In this document: positions 48,470 through 61,389 of the stretch, in pieces
Layout of the letters: every line of letters starts with the position of its first letter
Numbering within the stretch: position 1 is the first letter of the stretch
Origin: Isurus oxyrinchus
Lineage: Eukaryota
NCBI GenBank assembly: GCA_026770705.1
Contig: JANJGN010000026.1
Location: 28,148,001 to 28,212,000, forward strand
Reading direction: 5' to 3'
Length of the DNA: 64,000 nt
Translations under genes and position numbers: made by a program
Notes under the pieces: model-generated
Told to the model about the DNA's origin: nothing
Databases searched by the model: none
What the model saw: the letters and a program-made list of their open reading frames with translations, nothing else

Positions 48470-49330
48470 GTCTTTAATCCTTTCAGTCATCATGTGCCTC
48501 AAGCTGAAGATTTAAACATTGGTTTCTACAAGCTGCCGGGTCCGGCCCTTGCGTGTCTGTGTAAATGGAGAACTGTTGGGAAGAATGAGATGGAGCAGAT
48601 TTTTTTCTGTTCCTCTGACAAATGCAGCATTGACCCCTCAGATATCAGAAATCTCTGAATTCCGCCATGATTGTCCTCCCCTTGGGTATAACAGCTCTCA
48701 GTCAGGTGGAGTCAGTCATACGGGCCTCTGTCATGATGTATCCGCTCCGTTTTTACCACGTAAAACCCTGGGACACTCACCATAACACAGAAGCCTGCGC
48801 TAAGGCCCTAAACATCATTGCTTCCTCGCACTTTCACACCCTATTACAGTCAGATGTTTATTAGAACCCCTGTCTCTCTTTATGTAAGATTACCAACAAC
48901 CTCTGTTATTGACACACTGGAGCCGGCCTCTGTGATTATTATTGGACCAGGCCCCAGTCTGGCCCGGGCCCGGCAGTCAGAACTCCCTTTGCAAATCTAA
49001 GGAGGGAGATGTTGGTTGGAGAGGGAAGGTCAAAGCAGCAACAATGTCCCAGGAACCCGTCCTTCGCTGGATGGAGAAACAGTCCAGAGTTTCTCTGTCT
49101 TTAATTCCTCCTCCTGAGTGTGAGGAAACAATGGATAAAAGAACAGAAAGTCTGACATATAAACTCTCGCCGTGAGCACTGGGCGTTATTAAATGGTCAA
49201 CCCTCTGGATTAAGGCTTCAACCCACAACTGTTTGACCCAGGGTTAAAAGTGACGCTAATTCATCAGTGCTGACATGATGTATCCGCAGTTCCCATTGCA
49301 TTAGTACAACGGCAACATATGACAGATGCT
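48470..49330 (+). pseudogene. Two eroded Ig constant-like exons (about 48470-48735 and 49085-49330)
   Basis: PFSHHVPQAEDL...SCRVRP..V.VNG...VSHTGL; VSLSLIPPPECEETMDKRTESLT...W.LLNGQP; frameshifts needed to join the motifs. Confidence 0.4.
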
Positions 49331-51299
49331 AGAAATCTAAAATAAAAACCGAATGTGCTGGAAATCCTCAACAGGTCAGACAGCAGGTGTCGAGCCTGTT
49401 TGTTTTCCGGATCGTCATATACTTTGCAGCCTTGGGGAAAGTGTGGAGGCGGGAGGATTTTGGAGGCTAATTAAGAACTGGCGTTCTGTGACACGAACAC
49501 TCTTAACGGAGTGGTTAACGGAGCCTGGAGTGGAATTTGAACACAGATCTTACAGCTCAAAAGCAGGAGGACCACCAACTGTACCACTCGGGAGTGCAGT
49601 GGCTGTGGAGAGAAGCAGAGTTAAAATCGATGACCCCGGTTCTGCTGAAGGGTCATCGCCATGAAACGTTCAATCTGTTTATCACCATAGATTCTGCCTG
49701 ACCTGCAGAGTAATTCCAGAATGTTAGGTTTTATTTGCTATTACACTAGACTTTTGGTCAGTGTTATTACACCAACTCCATCCCATTCATATTGCAGTGG
49801 TGCTTGACTCTGTTATTGGGCATTAGGCAAAAGATTTGCTGTTGTATCAATTGGCGCTGCCTCACACACACTATTATATCAGACCCAACTTCGATTTGGG
49901 TGGATCAGGTGCTGACTGTGTCGTTATCACACTGGACCCAGTGATGTATTCAGTGATGCACTACAACCTGCTATCCTCTGTTATCATCAAACATTACATT
50001 AATTACACAGAGCTTTACCGTTTTTAATCTCTTCCATATATCCAATCTCATTGTATAAAATGCTGTCAATGTAAAGGTTGCACGAAGAGCCTACATGTCA
50101 TTAAAATTCTAATGCAAACTTCTCTCATTATTTCTGAAAACCTTGTGCCGATCAGTTTTCAATAGTAACTTGATTCTGATATTGTTAACGTTGACCCTGT
50201 TTCCGCTAGTGTTTCGACATGACCTCTTTCAGTTGTTATTTTATACAAAGTGTTTTTGTTATTATGATCACACAAATATCGGTTCATTCAATGTTATACC
50301 AAGTCCTCCCTCTCTCTCATTCCTGAATTAGCCAATTTCTCTGTTTATTTGACTCCTTGGACCAATTTGTGTTATCACCGCACTAGCACATGCCTCTGTC
50401 TGTACTATACTAGGTATTGTGCCTGTTATTACTTACACTAGCCGATACCTATGTTTATATTACACCAGGTCCTCGCTCTGATATTACTGCACGAGCCCAT
50501 ATCCTTGGTTATATAACACCAGGTCTTGTCTCTGTTATTAATTCATTAGTCAATATCTCCTTTTATATTAAATCAGATACTGTCTCTATTATTAATGCAG
50601 TAGTCCATATCTCTGCTTACACCAAGTTCGGTCTCTGTTTATGCTTGACTAGGCCCTGGTTTATTTTCGTTAAGATAACATTGAATATACAACATGCAGT
50701 TAAATCAATCTATCCAAACATGATTCGAGTGGTTGTGGTGGAATTTGTGAAGATAACAGTTAAAAAAGTGGAAATAGAAATAGTGAAAGTCTCTGGAGAG
50801 CGGCAGGAGTTTCAATCCTTCCCATCAACAGGAATAATAAATTGGAGAATTACAGGTGTATTAGTCTCATGTCAGGTGTAGGTTAAGTTTGATTTTTGTC
50901 ATCACTTGCACAAATCATCACACATTCGAGATTATCAGGAGCTTCCGTGAAATATTAAGGTGATCGTTTGTTAATACACTGCAGGTTATTCTGGATGTGA
51001 TTTGCTCCGCTTTCCAACTGATCACCGGAGACAGATAAACCACTTTAGAAACGAAATCGTCAGTCTGACATCACTTTATGAATAAATGCGCACAACAGAC
51101 TGGTTATCAATAAATACTTACAGTATTAAACAATCTACAGTTTAACTAAATGCATAGTTTTGGATTTGAACACAATCACTGAAGGCAGGAGTGGACTGAA
51201 AGTTGTCACTGGGAAAAATGAAGAGAAATTGCGAAAAAAAATTCTCCAAAGAGTGTTATTAGATATCAGAAGATTCAAAATGAATAAGGGACTGTCTCC

Positions 51300-51460
51300 A
51301 AGAGAGAGAGAGAGAGAGAGAGGGGGCAGTGGTGTTGGGGTGGGAGTTCGATGGTGGGTGGAGAGAGATGGAGAAAGAAAGGTTGAGAGAGAGGGCGAGA
51401 GAGAGAGAGAGAGAAGAGGTTCAGTGAGTTAGATGCTGCCTCAGACAGAGAGAGAAGAGA
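51300..51460. repeat. (GA)n-rich simple repeat
   Basis: AG dinucleotide runs. Confidence 0.85.
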
Positions 51461-51869
51461 CATTCAATAAACATGCTCGTCTTAGTGACGGAAGTGTTAG
51501 TATGACATCACTTTCTAAGCAAAAGTACACAATGAAACATGCTATCAATAAATATTTACAGCACTAAATCATCCGTAGTGACAGTTTGAGTAAAAGAAAA
51601 TTAAATACTGAAACGTTCCAGTAAAGGTCATCATTTATCTGTGAGAAACGGCGGTATAAGCAAGAGGCATGATTATTTTTTCTATACGGCACACATAACT
51701 GACCATATCTCATATATAATTTCTTTGACTAAAACTAAATGAAAATAACTTTCAGCTGCTGCAAAGAACGGGCCATCCAATACCTCCCGTTTTAGGCCAA
51801 TGCCAGGGAACAATTCCCACCTCAACATCTTTGTGTATAATATTATCTCTCCATCTCACAGCTGGAGAC

Positions 51870-53650
51870 ATTGACCACTGCAGTAATCATAGAGATATGG
51901 CCTAACGTAGAAATAACTGAGGCAGGGTTAGCGCACTAAGCACTGGATCAATTGATATTAATCCTCTCTCGGGGCTAGAATAGTAATGATTGATCCGGCA
52001 CATGGATTAATAGCACCCTAGACAGGGCCTGGTGCTATAATGACTCAGACTGTCTACAGTGTAAGACAAACAAAAAGATGATCTAGTGGAATAAAAACAG
52101 GAACAGTGCGACTGTAATAAAAGGAGATGTATGGACTAGTGCAGCAGCAACTAAGACAGGGTTTAGCATTGTATATACAGACTCAGGGACGAGAGCAGTA
52201 ATAACAGAGGGTTTTCCACATGTAGTACAACCAGAGCCACGACCGAATTCAGGGACAGCTGAGACGAGGCCGAGCACTAAAATAACTGAGGCAGGAACTG
52301 GTGTAATATTATTATAGACATAATCCATTTCAATATAAACAAAGTCAGGGTCTGGTGCAGGAATGCTGAGACAGGGCCGAGTGCAGCAATTATTGATGCA
52401 GCATCTACAGTAATACAAAAGAAGGCAGGACCTGGTATCAGCAATTATTGAGCCAGGGTCTAGTGCAGTAACAACAGACTTGACCTTGTGTAGTGTAAAC
52501 AGAGACATGTCCTACACAAAAATAACATTGACAGGGCCTATTTTAATAAAAACAGAGGCAATGCCTAGTGTCATATAAACGGAGTCAGGGTCTCGTGTAA
52601 TATAAACTGAGACAGGGTCTAGTGTAATATAAACTGAGACAGGGTCTATTGTAATGTAAACAAAGACGTGCTCTAGTGTAATATAAACCGAGAGGGGCTC
52701 CAGTGTAACATTATCTGAGACGGGGTCTAATGTAACATAAACTGATAGAGGGTCAAGTGTTATATAAAACAAAAACAAAAATAGCTGAAAAAACTCAGCA
52801 GGTCTGACAGCATCTGCAGAGAGGAACACAGTCAACGTTTCGAGTCCGTATGACTCTTCAACAGAATCGAGTGTTATATAAACTAAGATAGGGTCTAACA
52901 GAATATAAGCAAAAAAGTGATCTAGTATAATATAAACAAAGGCATCATGTAGTGAAGTAAAAAGTGAGGCAATGCCAAGTGCAGTACTAATTGAGACAGT
53001 GTCTCGTGTAATATGAACACCGACATGGTCTAGTTCAGTAATAACTGAGGCAGGATCTGGTGAAAGGAAACTGACACGCGGTCTGCTGCAGTTTCATCTG
53101 ATACAGGACCTTGTCTAATATAAACTGTGACAGAGCCTAGTGCAATAACTGCCAACACAAGGCCTGGATTAATATAAACAGAGATGTGGGCAAGTGCAGC
53201 AATAAGAGAGAGGCACGGTATTATACAATAATAACAGTGACAGTGCATTGTATGATATAAACAGAGACATAGACGTTAGCCAAGGCAACCCCTAGTTTAG
53301 TATAAACATGGCAGAGTCTAGTAGTGCAACAACAGAGACAGAGCCTCCTGTCATGTAAACAGGTACATGTTCTGGTTTCGTATAAGTAGAGACACGTACC
53401 AGTGCAGTAACAACTGAGACATGGACTACTGTCATATTAGCCAAGACATGGTTTAGTGCAATGATAACTGAGAGAACGTATAGTGTAACATGGTCTTTGT
53501 CCTGTATATTGACTGAGATTGAGCTATTATGGAAACAACTGAGACACAACCTGTAGTAATATGATTAGAGACATCACTGAGTGTAATATATACAAAGTCA
53601 AGTTTAATATGAACAGGGAAAGGGTTCGGTGCAGAAATGATTGAGTCGGT
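51870..53650. repeat. 27-bp satellite (reverse orientation) with a short Penelope-derived insert at 52769-52869
   Basis: GAGACAGGGTCTAGTGTAATATAAACT units; AGTGTTATATAAA duplicated on both sides of the insert. Confidence 0.88.
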
Positions 53651-53734
53651 GCTTGTTTCACTGCCATCTACTGGACGGACTCTACTATTGCAGACGTTGT
53701 GAAAATGTCGATTTGAGTTGCTCCGGCATTAATG

Positions 53735-55020
53735 ATAGAATCATAGAATTCTTACAGCGCAGGAGGATGACATTCGGCCACTCCTGTCCGTGCTAACCCT
53801 CTGAAGGAGTAATTGACCTTGCGCCACAGCTTTCTCCGTAGTCCAGCATCTGTTTTTCTTTTCAGATAAGGATCCAGTTTCGTTTTGAAAGCATCAATTG
53901 TCCCTCAATCCACCACACTGTCAGGCAGTGCATTCCAGGTCCGAACCATTCACTGCGTGAAACTTTTTTCTCCTTGTTCTATTGCTTCTTCTCCAAATTA
54001 CTTTAAATCTGAGCCGTCTGGTTCTCAATCCTTCCACGAATGGGAACAATTTCACACTATCTACTCTGCCCAGACTATTCATGATTTTTAATACCTCTCT
54101 CAAATCTCCTCTAAACTTTCTCTCCTCAAACGAGATTAAAGCCAACTGCTCCATTCTTTATACATAACTGGAGTTCGTCATCCCTGAACCAATTTCCATG
54201 AATCTTTCCTGTGCCCTCTCTCATGCCATCAAATTCTTCCAAAAGTGTGGTGCCCGGAATTGGATGCAATTCTCCAATTGAGGCCTAACCTCACACGTTA
54301 GGTGTGTCACACACGTTTAACATAACCTCTTTGCTTTTATATTTCTTTTCTCAATTAATAAAGCACAGGATGCTGCATGCTTTATTAACTGCGCTCTTTC
54401 AACTTGTCCTGCCACCTTCAATAATTTATACACATTAACACCCAGGTCACTCGGCTCCTGCAGCCCCTTTGGAATCACACCCTTTCTTTTATATTGTCTC
54501 TCTGCGTTCTCCCTACCAAAATGAACCACTTCTTACCTTCTCTGCGTTAAATTTCATCTGTCACTTGTCCACCCTTTCCACCAACCTCTCAATGTCTTTT
54601 TGAAGTTCTACACTATCCTCCTCATGGCCCGCAATGCTTCCACATTTCGCATCGTCCGTATATTTTGAAATTGTGCCCTGTACACCAAGGCCAAGTTTAT
54701 GAATAAATATTATGAAAAGTAGGCGTCGTAACACTGAACCTTGGGGACTTAATTATAATCCTTCCCCAGTCCGAAAAACAACGGTTCAAAACTACGCTTT
54801 GTTTCCTGGCACTCAGCCTGTTCCCAATCCATGATGTTACCGTCCATTTTATTCCAGTGAGCTCCAACTTTGCTCACAGGTCTGTTGTGCGGCATTTCAT
54901 CAAATGACTTTGAGAGACCATGTAGACCACATCAAAAGCATTACCCTCATCAACCATCGCTGCTATGTCATCAAAAACTCAAGCAAGTTAGTTAAACATG
55001 ATTTGCCCTTAACAGATCCA
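53735..55020 (-). mobile_element. Decayed CR1 LINE 3' part
   Basis: ATAGAATCATAGAA tail; RGDLREVLKIMNSLGRVD..KLFP. Confidence 0.85.
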
Positions 55021-57209
55021 TTTATCAAGAAACAACTTCTACTGATGAATCGGCTCATTACCTCCTGTGCGAACTCCCAATACTTATGGTGCTACTACGG
55101 CAGATTAACGTGGCTGATTTGTACAGTTTAAGGTCAAGAAAAGAGCAAAGAATCTCCAATTCCTATTGATTAATTCTTGAAGATCTTGTTTCAATCGAAG
55201 AGTGTGGACCAAGGCCCACATTGCGGGAATGATGGGAACTTTAATGACCAACTCAACCGGTGTGAAGTGGGTAGAGATTTTTTCTTCATGGAACCACCTG
55301 AAATGTGATGGTGGTGATTTTCTCCGGTTTTGCAGGTGCTACAGAGCCTCCGCAGTCGGCAAGATGGGATCTTAAGTTGAAATGTGTGTTTGTGAGTGCA
55401 CGCATCAGTTTTACTTACAAGTGAAATCCACAATGATAAATAACCATCGTTAGCTATTATGTTCCAGGTTTTACTTTATTGAAAATGTATTTGCTGTTCG
55501 TTTAATATCGTTAACATTAATTGGGAAGACATCGAGCATTCCCTCACCAAGGGATACCTCTGTGCCTAGTATTCAGTTGGAAATTGGACTAAATTATTCT
55601 AAGGATGGTGAGCATATACCCACCTGTCTCTGCGTTTCAGTTTTAAGTGCTTCGCTCAGCATTAAACAGGCTCTCCTGACATAAACATTGACAGTGTGAT
55701 AAGTTGTGCAAGTGATTGTAAATAATCAAACTACCGATACCTGACCTGAACTTACTCAGTTTTAAAATCCCGATTTATTATTTCGCTTGCTTGGGACTCG
55801 CTGCTCTCCTGCAAGTTTCACCCTATTTCTGTTGCCGCATTATTCCTTCTTACCCTGTTACATTTATAATTTCCGCCACAACACCTTCGAAATCCTCGGA
55901 TATGATCTAGTGCAATAATAGTTAAAAAAAACAGCTTTACATAATATGAAAGGCCTCATGCTCCAGAGTAATATAAGTGGGACAACTGGACAGAGTCTAA
56001 TCCATTGTCAACGAAGACATGGTCTCCAATGGGCATAAAATGCAGGGCTATCAGGAAACAGCATGGGACGGTGAGATGGGGGTGGGGTGGTGAGAGTGCA
56101 TGAGGTAAATTCGGTAGTTTTTTTAAAATGCTGGTACAATCCTGAGGAACCGAATGACCTCCTTCCCAGCCGGGAGCACGGGTTCATTCTAGAAGTCTAT
56201 GACTTATTGTCTCAATCTAACACTTTTCATTTTGCACCTATAGTTCATAAAAAGGAAGAGGAATAAGAAGAAAAGTATATATTATAGCTCCTTTCACGAT
56301 CACCGGAGTGTTTTGCAACCAAAAATGCACTTATAATGTGTATTGACAGTTGTAATGTAGGAAACACCACAGCCTGTTTGAGCACAGCTTGCTCCCACAA
56401 ATCACAATATGATAATGAACAGGTAATCTGCGTCTTTGCGTATTTTTTAATGTTTATTAACTGATAAATGCTAAGGCATTGGGGATTGCTCCCCTGCACT
56501 TCCAGATGGAATAGTACCATGGAATCTTTCACATCGACCTGAGAGGGCAGACGGCCCTCAGTTTAATGACAGAGGGGAACATGCTGCCAACTGGGCCACA
56601 GCTGACAACCAAAGCTTCTTGTGAATGAATATATAGACCAAGAAGACATAAATAAATAGAAATCCAGGCACCCTATGGCTCAACTTTCTACATAGACACA
56701 TAGTTAAATCAGACTGAGTCCGGCCCCAAAGACACCCAAAACCCTACAGGAGAGTCCCACTGGTGGTACAAGCACTGACTAGAGTGTACCATGTGTCAGT
56801 GTGATCTTAAGTCTGACAACAGAATTATTCCTTCATTGCGTGAGTTATACTCTCAGATCCGACCATTTTGTAGGTTAGCCAGAACTTCACAGTAATTCAA
56901 ATGATTGGAGGGCTAACTGAGTCATTTCCTTAAACAGAATTGGACCTTGAATCATTACAAAATTGGAGATCATTAATAGATTATGAAACACCAATCGATT
57001 AGGAGTGGTGAAAGGATTGGGGATTATTGATACCGTGAGAAACATCATTCAGTTACAAGCCATCGATTTTATGGGAAAGGTGAAGGTTTGGAACTATCAA
57101 TAGATCAAACTATTAATGGATTGAGACACAACTGATGTTTATTAAACATGATCAATGGCAAAAACATACTGAGAAATATAAATTGTTTTGCAATTTGACA
57201 GCCTGGTAA

Positions 57210-58146
57210 TGTTACGAAAGTATAACAATTTCAGAATATGTTTCTGGCTTATAGTAAAGTAGGTTTATGGGAGTGAGTATAGTTGGTTATGTCTGTGTGA
57301 TTTAATTACATTTGGAGTCCGGTGGACTTTAAGCTTGGAATTATCAAAAGAAGCTAGGTGTAGAAATGTGTTTGAGATGCTAATGAGTAAACATGGGTAG
57401 TGGCTTAGCCTGTAAAGTGGGACGACATTTGCCATTTTAGATAAATGAAAGGATTATTTGGATTTCAACAGGATGCCAGTCTGTTTATAACTATCCAGCT
57501 AAGCAAGGCTAAGGAGTGTGCTTATTTTTCCCAAAGGTTACTGACAATATTGGCAACATGATTTTTTTATTATCATGGGAAAGGTACTTTTCCAAAGACA
57601 TATGGAACAATAGAATTTACATTTAAAGAGAGCAACAATATATAAAGGAGAATGAAAGGCTGTGTGAGGTGAGGATCATGTAGGATCAACAGGAGTGTGT
57701 GAAACAGCCTTCAAGAAGCCTCCAGCTATTTGTGCATAAGTTGGCTATGTCCAGTAACTGACGTTAGAGGAAACCATTTGGAAATCCACTGCCAAGTGGG
57801 CACTGGATTAACTTGCTGGTTTTCTTTGAAATCTAAAATCTATTTTGGACTGTTGCCTTAAAGGGGGTATGTAAGTGGGAGTCAGGTTAATTTGGAATTT
57901 TAGGATTATTTATAGCATTAAGTAATTGCAGTCTTATGTATGTGCTTGATATCTTTTATTTTGTTAATATACATTTTAATTTAATTATTGAAATCTCTAA
58001 AGGTCTTAGTTAACTCATTATTTCTGAAGACTGTTCACTCATCTTCTTGTAATAAACACAAATTGCAAAAGCTTTGTGATGACATGATCACATTTCTCTT
58101 ATGGATTTGGTCTACCTGGCCACACATCAGCTGCTATGTCATAACA
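57210..58146 (+). mobile_element. Probable solo LTR
   Basis: TGTTACGA...TCATAACA inverted termini, TATATAAA 57639-57646, AATAAA 58051-58056; no clear TSD or primer-binding site. Confidence 0.5.
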
Positions 58147-59519
58147 CAATGTACCTGGAACTATCTCTCAATTCATCTGTCACCATTTCTGTTAGTTGGC
58201 ACAGCAACAGTTACTCCTGATAGTGGGACATTAAACATGAATGGCAGCGTGCACAGATCAGGTAATTATGAGAGATAAAAGTGGAGATCCTCTTCTGCAA
58301 TGAGGGTGGATCAATTGTGTCATCAGGAACTCTGTGCTGTTTACTTAAAAAAACATTTCACCAATATAATATTAATAACTTTATTAATAACAATATGAAT
58401 AATTCATTTTGCCGCAGTTTTGAACATTTGCGAATGATTTAAAAGTATAAATTAAGAGCATAAATTTGTGTGGAAAGACAATTACTGAATATTCCCACAT
58501 TGACTTATTGTTGGAGGCTTCATATCACAACACTATTTCTACATGACCATAAAAAGTCTCACAACGCAACTGCAACCAGATGAAAAGCGAGTTTCGATTC
58601 ATATCATCCCTTAGAGCATTGACCCTCTATTCATGTTCAAAACTGTAATTCAGATCACTTCAGCTACTTCACCGACTCAGCTCTGTCCAGCTGATGCACC
58701 ATGTCTGACCTAACCAGAATCTCCATCGCGACGATCCTGAGCACATCTCATTGGAGTACTGACCTCACCCATCCAACTCGTGAAGAATTGATTCTCTGCA
58801 CGAATGTACTGAATGGAAAGGTGTTAAGGGCTTTTGAATTTGCGACAGCAATCAGTAATACCCATTGGATATATTTCATTGAGGCAATAGTTTACAATCA
58901 ATATTTTGCCGTGCACTTTTTTCCCATGTTGTTTAGAATGATGTGGCTGCGCCAGAATCACAGAGCAGCAAGAAATTACCAGGGAAATGGAAAAAAATAT
59001 ATGTATTCAATCATCTGCTTTGTTTCTGCTGTGATGGAAGTAATTTGGTTGAGGATATGCTGAGTGCTTTGTTGCGCATGAAAAGGCCGCATATTGCATA
59101 TGTTATAATCCCCGATTCTCATCACAGTCATGAAGCCGCTTTCTAACTTTGAGACAAAGATTCAGCATCACCAGAAAATGATCATCAGTACCGCAGGGAT
59201 ATCTCCACGCTGTACTTGATGACATCCAGCTCGTCAGTTTCCAACAGCCAAGGAAATGGAATGATCCAGAAAATGGGGAAGGACTGAAAGTACCAGATAG
59301 ACAGAAATGGAATAAAGGACCTGCTATAAGTAATGGAGTAGTCAATCATAAAGATGAAAATGTGGAACAGCGTTTTTCAGGCACATCCACCCCCACCCCC
59401 CGCCCCATCCACCGATCCATCCATCCATCTGAAGAAGTCAAACGGACTCGAAACGTTCACTGTTTCTCTCTCCACAGATGCTGTCAGACCTGCTGAGCTT
59501 TTCCAGCATTTTCAATTTT

Positions 59520-59652
59520 NNNNNNNNNNNNNNNNNNNNNNNNNNNNNNNNNNNNNNNNNNNNNNNNNNNNNNNNNNNNNNNNNNNNNNNNNNNNNNNNN
59601 NNNNNNNNNNNNNNNNNNNNNNNNNNNNNNNNNNNNNNNNNNNNNNNNNNNN
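59520..59652. other. Assembly gap (133 N)
   Basis: Run of N directly after a Penelope-derived repeat (59429-59519). Confidence 1.
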
Positions 59653-60871
59653 TGGTTAACCATGAAATATTTTCTGCAGGAGTGAGTTCTGGAGGTCAGC
59701 CGGACAGTGTTCAACAGAAGCCCAAAAACTGGAAGGAATCTCGATGAGCATGAATTGCATTTATTCAACTTCCACTGTGAAGTATTTTTTTTGCAGCTTC
59801 ACCATCAGAGCCAGATTGCGGCGCCAGCTTTCATAATTCGGGCACATTCATATGAAAAGAGCATTCAAGATCACTTTTCAGTCATTCGAACAATACCCAA
59901 GAATATAGCTGATTTCACCTTGTTTGCTCTTCAGGTCGCTGACAACCCCGTGTATTACTATCTGCTGAGGCCCCTCAGTGAGAAAGGCCTCGGGGCAACT
60001 CGTCCCAATACAGTGTTTTGTGAAATCAGTGAAAATCAGATTCATTGAATCCGGCCACCAGGCGGCGCATCAGGCCGTGGATTCCCATCTCCTGACAGAC
60101 ATTTTCTTAAAAATACTTGAGGAGAAATTGCGTTTGATCTCATATTTATGCCCATTAAAATGACGTTTCCTTAAAGACCCATAATTGTGGAGTTTAGATC
60201 AGTGTTAATCAATAGCTCAGCTCCAACACATTGGGATGGGATACCTATTTGTTCTGTTCCCCACTGAGCTTAAAGGCCCTTGTTTTAACTGATTTCAACT
60301 ATGAAGCGATCAGTAACTAGAATAGTACAATGATTATCTAATTCCTGTCGCGAGACTCTTTACCCCAGATTTGAAATGACTATAAACGTAACCCAGCCCT
60401 TACAGGCAGGTAGAATTAAATAATTTCTGTTGCGTGCATTAGTCTTGAATTCAGCTCATAACGGATAGATTTTACGAGTGGCAACAGTGCCCGTGGCCGC
60501 ATCCCCCATAGTTCCGTTTGTTTCTCTCGCCCTGACCTTCCTTGTTTTTCCTGTGTTTTGGAGTTGTTTCCCACTGTTCCCGGTTTGACGTTGGTTGGAT
60601 CAGCAGTACAGTGCGCCGGGGATCTGCACTTCTGCCCTGACAGAAGATTTGGTGGATTGTTGAGTTGCATACTCGGAGCATCCTGGGGAGTTTCATTACA
60701 CGGCTCCTCGTCACCGTATCACTTGTTAGTATATATTTCCTATAAAAATCAGTTCTCCCCTGACTGCTGTAACCCACGTGCTATTAATTGTAAGATGATG
60801 TTGGTGATGATTAAGCTACTGGAGATGATGATGATGATGACTCTGATAATGATGACATTTACCTATGTTAC

Positions 60872-61225
60872 GATGGAGCCATCCAGACACAGTGGTCGGG
60901 TCGGTTGCTGAAATGATGGCGAAGTTGAAATGATGCCGAAGACGACAGGAACACCATGTGATCTGCATCTTCAAAACAAATCTCTTCCACCATTTGTCCT
61001 GGGATCGTCAGCAACCCGGGCAACATTCACAGCTCCTGAATCAACTGATCGGTGAGAATGAAAACAAGAAGACCGACATCGTTGGCCAAATCCCTTCTAC
61101 ATTTAACATGACAATCAAGGTAACGGAGCTGAGGTTCTGATCTGCGACGCAGCCGACTGTTTCTATGCCTCAAGCCCCACACTGCGGCACAGATGCAGCG
61201 GATCCCGTTGACAATCCCACAACGA
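60872..61225 (+). pseudogene. Eroded V-domain segment, TCR alpha/delta-V-like
   Basis: DGAIQTQWS...VICIFKTNLFHHLSWDRQQPGQHSQLL...STFNMTIKVTELRF*...LFLC; Cys 60964 and Trp 61000 are at V-set spacing; stops and frameshifts. Confidence 0.6.
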
Positions 61226-61389
61226 GCGGCTCAGTTAATGCTCAGCAGAGGGCGCTCGAACACCGAGAAACAAGGACAAATATTCAGCTTCAGTGTAAGG
61301 TTCAGGCGGAGCTTTCGTAAAGGAGAACAAAATCCCGCAACATTCTGTTGGGCCATGACTTCCGAGCTCCAGGGCAGTGTAACTGAAGG

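Larger units (their letters stand above)
53655..60270 (+). pseudogene. Eroded Ig-superfamily-like exon array, copy B (53655-53734 plus 55021-55391, 58196-58261, about 58580-58880, 59041-59390, 59935-60270)
   Basis: DGLYYCRR; VSIHIIP*SIDPLFMFKT...EWKG; LKVPDRQKWNKG...VNH; NPVYYYLLRPLSE...TVFCEI...SVLI...WDG(DTY)ICSVPH; homologous to copy A. Confidence 0.55.

Noticed and set aside
49515-49597. tRNA-like sequence on the minus strand
   Set aside because: Only A/B-box remnants with no cloverleaf; likely a SINE head
59935-60048. NPVY and TVFCEI as signalling motifs of a receptor tail
   Set aside because: The same residues fit C1-domain A/B strands better, and E/F-strand motifs follow downstream
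60540-60730. NAR-TCR-like D and J upstream of the V-like segment (CACTGTT, TACAGTG, RLLVTVS then GTTAGT)
   Set aside because: RSS spacing and nonamers do not fit, and the J motif needs frameshifts; too weak to call
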